Positions 57,645 to 64,000 of a stretch of 64,000 bases of DNA are shown one piece after another (the first letter of the stretch is position 1; each line of letters opens with the position of its first letter). Source of the stretch: Eledone cirrhosa (lineage: Eukaryota); contig OZ024742.1 in the NCBI GenBank assembly GCA_964016885.1, positions 85,808,001-85,872,000 on the forward strand. Reading direction: 5' to 3'. A model generated the notes under the pieces. The model worked only from the letters and a program-made list of their open reading frames with translations, did not search any database and was not told the DNA's origin. Position numbers and translations under genes: made by a program.

Positions 57645-57701
<57 letters not shown>

Positions 57702-58261
57702 ATACTTTGGGACTGTCATGTTGCCAATAAGAAACACACGCACCAGTTGCTTTCACTTCAATTTATTTTAATAAATTTATAAATTTGGATATTTATAAAT
57801 TTCCAGTTGGTTGGTTGGTTCTACAACCAGATGATTGTTTATATATTGTCAAAGTTTTTTCGTCACACATTCTGTGACTTCTTCAGTTACTGTGAATTAT
57901 TTTCTTTGTTTTGTTTGTGCCTCTCCTTTGTTCTATCTTACACCATCAAAAACAAGATGGCGTAGGACAAAACAAAGGAGAGGCACACAAAAACAAAGAA
58001 AATAATCCCCAGTCACTGAAGAGGTCACGTAATGTTTGACGAAAGAACTTTGACAATATATAAACAATCAACTGGTTGTGTAACCCACCAACCAACTGGA
58101 AATTTATAAATTCCTAAATTTATAAATTTATTTTAATAAATTGAAGTGAAACAATTGGTGCGTGTGTGTCTTATTCGCAACATGACCCTGCCACAGTATA
58201 ACAATATCGGTTTCAAAACACGTTTTCAGATAAAGAATCTTACTAAACAAATTCAAAAACG

Positions 58262-58336
<75 letters not shown>

Positions 58337-58530
58337 TCATTTAAAACCGGAATAATATAGAAATGTTCATAATTATCCTTTGGTGATTAAAATTTGCTTT
58401 GAATTATGTCTGAACACCTGAATCAATGATGGAGAGCCACTTCTTTTATTCTTCTGTCTTTAACCAGTATATTTAACTTATCAAAATAATGTTTAAAGAA
58501 TATACCCTGTCTTTGAATATAACGTGTTTT
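56643..58530. mobile_element. Nested composite with ~190-bp diverged outer inverted repeats
   Basis: 56643-56845 is inverted relative to 58330-58530. It encloses a direct-repeat element (56943-57653) and a fold-back (57697-58206). Confidence 0.65.
57697..58206. repeat. Diverged ~240-bp-arm inverted repeat carrying HHR-like motifs
   Basis: Arms 57697-57935 and 57967-58206. 58012-58054 reads GTCA-CTGAAGA-G-GTCA...TGAC-GAAAG-AA-CTT-TGAC. Confidence 0.75.
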
Positions 58531-60471
58531 GCTGAGCCATTATGTACGCTATATGTAACTAGTATAATCCCTATCAGCAATAACACTGCCATCCCAATTT
58601 AGATTGAAAGTGAACATAACATTGAAACTTAAAAGTTTTCGCTTCATTTTTTAATAAATGCTAAATCCAGAATCTTCAAAGTATCCATCGTAAATACCTT
58701 TACAGAAAACACAAAATTGGAAGATACAAGTAGAGGATACGATGATAGCAACATAGGTTCAGAAAAGCAAGGCGAATTGGACGAGTTTATATGGGTTTAT
58801 TTATGAGTATCCTGTCTAGCAATGGTGCTTCTGGCGGGGTGTGGTACATCGTTGTTATGACATACCTATACACATAATTCAATGTTCGTATTCCAAATGT
58901 ACATAAAATATGAATAAATTAAAATTTATGTAATATATGAAAAATGGTAAAATTACTTACGTCATTAGAATTATAAACTATTTACGTGGGTCTATGTTTA
59001 TAATTGAATAGTTACCGTTATATATTAGTATTAAAATTATATGGTTGAGGTAACATTTGCATATATATATATGTATGCATGTGTGTGTGGGGGGGGGGGG
59101 GCGTGTTTCTCTCTCTCTCTCTATGTGTGACACAAACACGCCCAATTATGTATTGCAAACTATAACGCTTAGGTTGGTTGTAGCTAATTAATACTTTTCT
59201 GCTAAATTGTGACATAATAACCAAATCGCAGTTCATGTTTACAGACGCCCATATTTACATCCAGATATTGTCTAAGTTATTACATGCTGAGAATTAAGCA
59301 ATAACGTTCACTCAAATAAACGTGGGTCTGTGTTATTTTCATTTTCTACGAAACTAATGTTATATACATAGGATTGTTTATAGTGTAAAATAAATACAAT
59401 TATTAAAATTGCAGGAATATATATGACCTGATATTACATAGGTTTTTCTGTATATAAAGCTTTGGAAAATCAACTTGATATAATGGAAATAAGCATGATA
59501 AGGGTAGATTATGGGGAGATGAAATTGTAAATATCTCGTTCCATATGAAAAGTGTGTGCTTAAATGTGACTATGTTTACTTGTTGAAGATAAAAACATGA
59601 ACATTCCAAATGTACGTTAAAAATATGCAAATATGCACTTTTCAAATGAAGATATATAAGCACATCCGTTGCGTATGACGATATAGATATTTAAATTGCC
59701 TGCTTGTAAGCGAATACACAAAGGAGCTAACATCGATACAAGATGTTTATACTGTTTTTTTTTTATTATTTTATTTATTCACGGGGAAATACTTAAATAA
59801 AAATGTTCATCATATTCAGATTTCTATTTGCATTTCTACAAATGTGCTATGAAATATCGTTGCATATAAATTGTTTCATATAATCTGTTTAAACATTGGA
59901 ATAATAGTACATAGTAGGAATTAATGTATTCACAAATAATAGAACAATCTCAAATGATACGTAACATATACATCACCTTATCATACATATGCAGTTAGGC
60001 TGTATAAGACTGAATTCAGGGTGAAATTGGCGTGTATAATAATCAAGATTATATGCATTCAAAGTTCAGGAATAAATTGGGAAAAAATTAAATCATATGG
60101 GGTATATTTTGATAATATAAGTAAACGTTCATTTTGTTTGATTGAACAACAACTAATCGGACAATGTGACAATGGGACTATGTTGCAGCAGCAGCAAATG
60201 TGTTGCTAGTGACGCTGATTGTGTCGTTGTTTATTTTTTGTTGTCGTTGTTGTTGACATTATTTTGTTCACATTGCTTTTGTCGCTGTTGTTAACGGTGC
60301 TAGTTTTGTAGTTGTTCATTTGGTTTTCGTTGCTGCTGTTATTATTACCATTGTGGTTATTGTTGTTTGGTAGTTAGTGTTATTGTTGTTGCTTTTGTTT
60401 GTGCTATAGTTATCAATGGTCATATTTAGCCGGGTGTCGTGGTTATCACTGCTGTCGTTGTTGCCGTCGCT

Positions 60472-60613
60472 GAAGAAGAAGAAGAAGAAGAAGAAGAAGA
60501 AGAAGAAGAAGAAGAAGAAGAAGAAGAAGAAGAAGAAGAAGAAGAAGAAGAAGAAGAAGAAGAAGAAGAAGAAGAAGAAGAAGAAGAAGAAGAAGAAGAA
60601 GAAGAAGAAGAAG
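60472..60613. repeat. (GAA)n microsatellite
   Basis: Directly visible. Confidence 0.97.
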
Positions 60614-60914
60614 ATTGCTGAAGCTACTGCTACTGATGATGATGACAATGATATGTGGATGATGAAAGAAGAAACAAAATCTATAATATTTGCTCCGGGA
60701 ATGTTAATAAATAATACACAGATAGAAGCAAAAAAATATACGCTCAATGCATGAAACTATATATAACATATATAAAACAGAAATATGAAGCACTGCACTC
60801 ATTCTACCGAGAATACTCTCAATGCACTAGTTACATTAACAGCACCATTTGTATTGTAAGTATCCGAGGCGTACAGAGCTGAAGTCGTCATACAATGGAG
60901 TGCAGAAGAATTTC

Positions 60915-60934
60915 TACTACTACTACTAATTCTT

Positions 60935-60967
<33 letters not shown>

Positions 60968-60979
60968 ATACTACTACTA

Positions 60980-61024
<45 letters not shown>

Positions 61025-61085
61025 ATAGCAACAATAATAATATTAATAATAATAATAATTATTATTATAATAATAATAATAATGA
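60915..61085. repeat. (TAC)n/(AAT)n microsatellite
   Basis: Directly visible; abuts the LINE 3' end. Confidence 0.95.
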
Positions 61086-64000
61086 TTTCATTTATTAGCC
61101 ACAAGGGCCGACATGTAGATGACAATACAAAGACAGGGACAGTGGGGGTTTACAATTAGGTCAAGTAAAAGTGCACAATGGCAAGACTAATTTAACTATG
61201 AAGATATAAAAATATAAAATAAACTATGCATAAATATAATAAAATAAATTCCTCGATAGGGGGTGGACGACCCTGAGGTGACTCAAGTACCCCACCAATC
61301 CTGAACCACCCTGCGCTTCTAGGGCACCCAGGGAGAGCACCCCTCTCCTCAAGTTAGCTAGCCTATAGGCGCATGGTCAGAGTAGGCCCATTCACACGAG
61401 CCATTCTCGCCACATCCATCCACCTTCTAGCAAATATACTGGGGGGCAGCACTTCTCTCTCCAACCTCACCTTCCTTTCCAGGTGAAACTTGAAGAAGTT
61501 GATGAGTGATTGGCCGAAGAGAAATAGTCTGTCTTCAGTCCTTTTAACCTGGTCCACCATATAACCTCTTTCGCAACTGCCACAAGACAGAGGAAAATTG
61601 CCTGCTCTTCCTGACCTCAGGAAGGCGGCGGGTCGATCTTCACTATGGACTCGGCCGATAGCCGGATTCGTTCCACACGCGACAGTAGCTGTTCGACATA
61701 ACTCCACAATTTAGTAATGCACGGACATTGAACAAGAGTGCGTGCAGAACGGTTTCGTCGTTCTGTGCGCATCTTGGGCAGGTCCGTCTGACAGCAATTC
61801 CGTGCCTGTAGAGTTTATCCCGAACCGGCAGTGCCCCCCGGTAGCATTGCCAAGCGAGGGATTTCTGGAAATTGTCCATCGTCCCCGGCTGAAAACCTCA
61901 GGTACAGACTGGTCAGTTTGACTTCGTCGAGGCCCAAAGCTTCTCCGAGTGCGTCGTCGCACTTGCCCACCACTAATCCTCTATAGAACTCTAGAGTGGA
62001 AGTTGCACTGATCGCATTTCCCACTTGGTAGAGGGCAGTGAATGCCTGGCAACATTCCAAGTGCCAGTCACCCAGTCTCTGTCTCTTCTTGACCCAGTAC
62101 TGCAGCTCAGTCAAAGAAATGGGCTGCGGAAAGACCCGTCTGATAAACGGCGACCACACTTGTTCACCGTTGAGGCAGAATATCTGTAGATGTCGCAGCC
62201 TCAACGCATGTCTGCGCATCATTAGCCACAGCATGCCCAGCCTTCCGCGTAGAGCGTGCTTACCAACGGAACTTGTCCCCTCACAAGAATTTGAAGAGGA
62301 GCCATTCCAACTTGACGAGGCGCGGACGACGGCAAGGCACGACGATCAGGTGGTAGTAGATGGCGGACCCGATGTACGTTTCGCCACCTCCGAGCGACCT
62401 TTCAGTGATAGCTTCCTCCCAGCCCATTCTGGCGTGAGACTGGCAACTCTGCTCGTTACCTCGTCCCAATAATTTTCCACCTGGAGGTCTGGTCCAAACC
62501 AAACCCCGATTACTTTACCGGTCCTTCCGTCCAGCGCCCCAAAACGCTATTGGACGGCATGGGCTTGCCTCTCCAGGTTCCGAGCTGCAAGCCCACCGAC
62601 TTTTCCGGGTTAAGTTTAGCTCCTGTCAACCTTTCATATTCCTTCAATAAGGTACCAATCACCTCGATTTATGAGGTGTTTGACACCATCACGGTGATGT
62701 CGTCCGCATAAGCCGACCCCGCCTTTCCCCGTCCCGTTACGAGCGGGATGCCCTGCAAGTAAAGGCTCGAGAGTCAATACGTACAGAAGCGAGGAGAGAG
62801 GGCACCCTTGACGGACCGATTGGGAGAGCCGAAAAGGTTCCGAGATGTGGCCATTGACTTTCACCACCGAGCGTGTGCCGCTGTGCATTGCAGCGATCCA
62901 ACTTCTAAAGACAGGGCCGAAGCCAGCTGCTTTGAGGACAAACTCCAGATACCGATGGACGACCCTATCGAATGCTTTCGGTTGATCTAAATTGATCAGT
63001 GCCCCACCGAAGCCAGGTTTACACCCTACCCTCTCTATGATGTATCGCATGAGGTGGAGATTGTCGTTTATAGACCTCGCTGGGATTGCGCAAGTTTGCG
63101 CCTCCCCGACCAAATCCTCGACGACAAGCGACAATCTCTTTGCTAGCACGTTGGCTAAAATCTTAAACTCTGTGTTGAGCAGAGTTATGGGCCTGAAGTT
63201 GTCTAATGTATCCCTCTTGTTCTCGTCTTTCCTTATCAGCGTCGCCACTCCCCTGTTCACAGAACTGGGAATACTCCCATCTGCTCCAGTTGCAGTAGAG
63301 TGCTTCGAGGAGTTCGGAGAACAAGTCTGGCATATTTACGTAAAGCTCGTAGGGCAGGCCATCCAAACCGGGTGACTTGCGTCTGATGCAGCCGACAAGG
63401 GCGTTCTGAATTTAGGCTGAAGTAATCGGCCTTTCACAGAGCTCAGCTTCGAGCGTCGAGATACGCGGCAAGCCGTCAAGGTAGGGACTGAAATCCGCTA
63501 CTGTCTCTGACTCGCCACTCTCCACAAAACACCGAGCAAAGTGCTGGCGAAAGACCTCACACATGCGCTTGGAATCGCTTATCTCGTGTCCGTCTCGGTT
63601 CACCAAAGACCTAATTGTGGTTTTATTACCACGCTGTGCCTCCGCCACGCGGACCCATTGAACAGCTCTGGTTCCCTCGTTTCTCAGCGCACGCGCCTTA
63701 GCTCTGACAATGCAACCTTCGTGTTTCGCATTGAAGAAATTGTCTAATGCCATTCTCGCCGCTAGCACGACAGTTGCAATGCCACTACAAATAGCCTCGC
63801 CTAACTTATCTACCAGCTCCCCCTCCTTTCTATTTTTCTCTAACGCTAGTTCTTTGCTGAACTCTATCGAAGTTACTCTAATCTGTCTTTTGAGAGCCCC
63901 CCCCACCATCTGTTGTTGATGATCCCCCATGTCAACTTTTGCTTAACTAAATTGTTGACTCGGTCCCTGTAGACTTTACGTGCCGGAAATGACAGGTTCA
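61086..64000 (-). mobile_element. Tx1/L1-clade LINE, ORF2 disrupted by frameshifts; continues beyond the window
   Basis: DGLPYELY, NFRPITLLNTEFKILA, LINLDQPKAFDRV, VRQGCPLS, AYADD (~62700-62714), LAWQCYRGALPV...CPRC...ETVLH (zf-RVT). Stop at 61363; AATAAA just before the (ATT)n tail. Confidence 0.92.

Overview
AT-rich, microsatellite-dense eukaryotic intergenic or intronic DNA. The (TA)n density and the SINE family suggest an invertebrate, probably an octopus or other cephalopod (inference only). No host protein-coding gene is supportable; most ORF-track entries are microsatellite artefacts. The window is mostly retroelements: three Penelope-like elements (PLEs; RT + C-terminal GIY-YIG) at 47506-51150 (near-intact), 52000-54860 and 29900-31500; a Tx1/L1-type LINE from 61086 to the window end; RTE, CRE-like and Tc1/mariner remnants; and several tRNA-derived SINE copies with TSDs. 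The most notable signal is a set of non-coding elements inserted in (TA)n. One is an 11-copy, near-identical 310-bp array in which every unit encodes a minus-strand type I hammerhead ribozyme (HHR). It ends in an inverted fragment that begins 2 nt from the predicted self-cleavage site. There is also a 6-copy ~559-bp array, a diverged ~1-kb palindromic relative of it, and several more HHR-like motifs in fold-back elements. Together these look like retrozyme-type RNAs mobilised in trans by TA-targeting PLEs. All coordinates, alignments and folds were read by eye.
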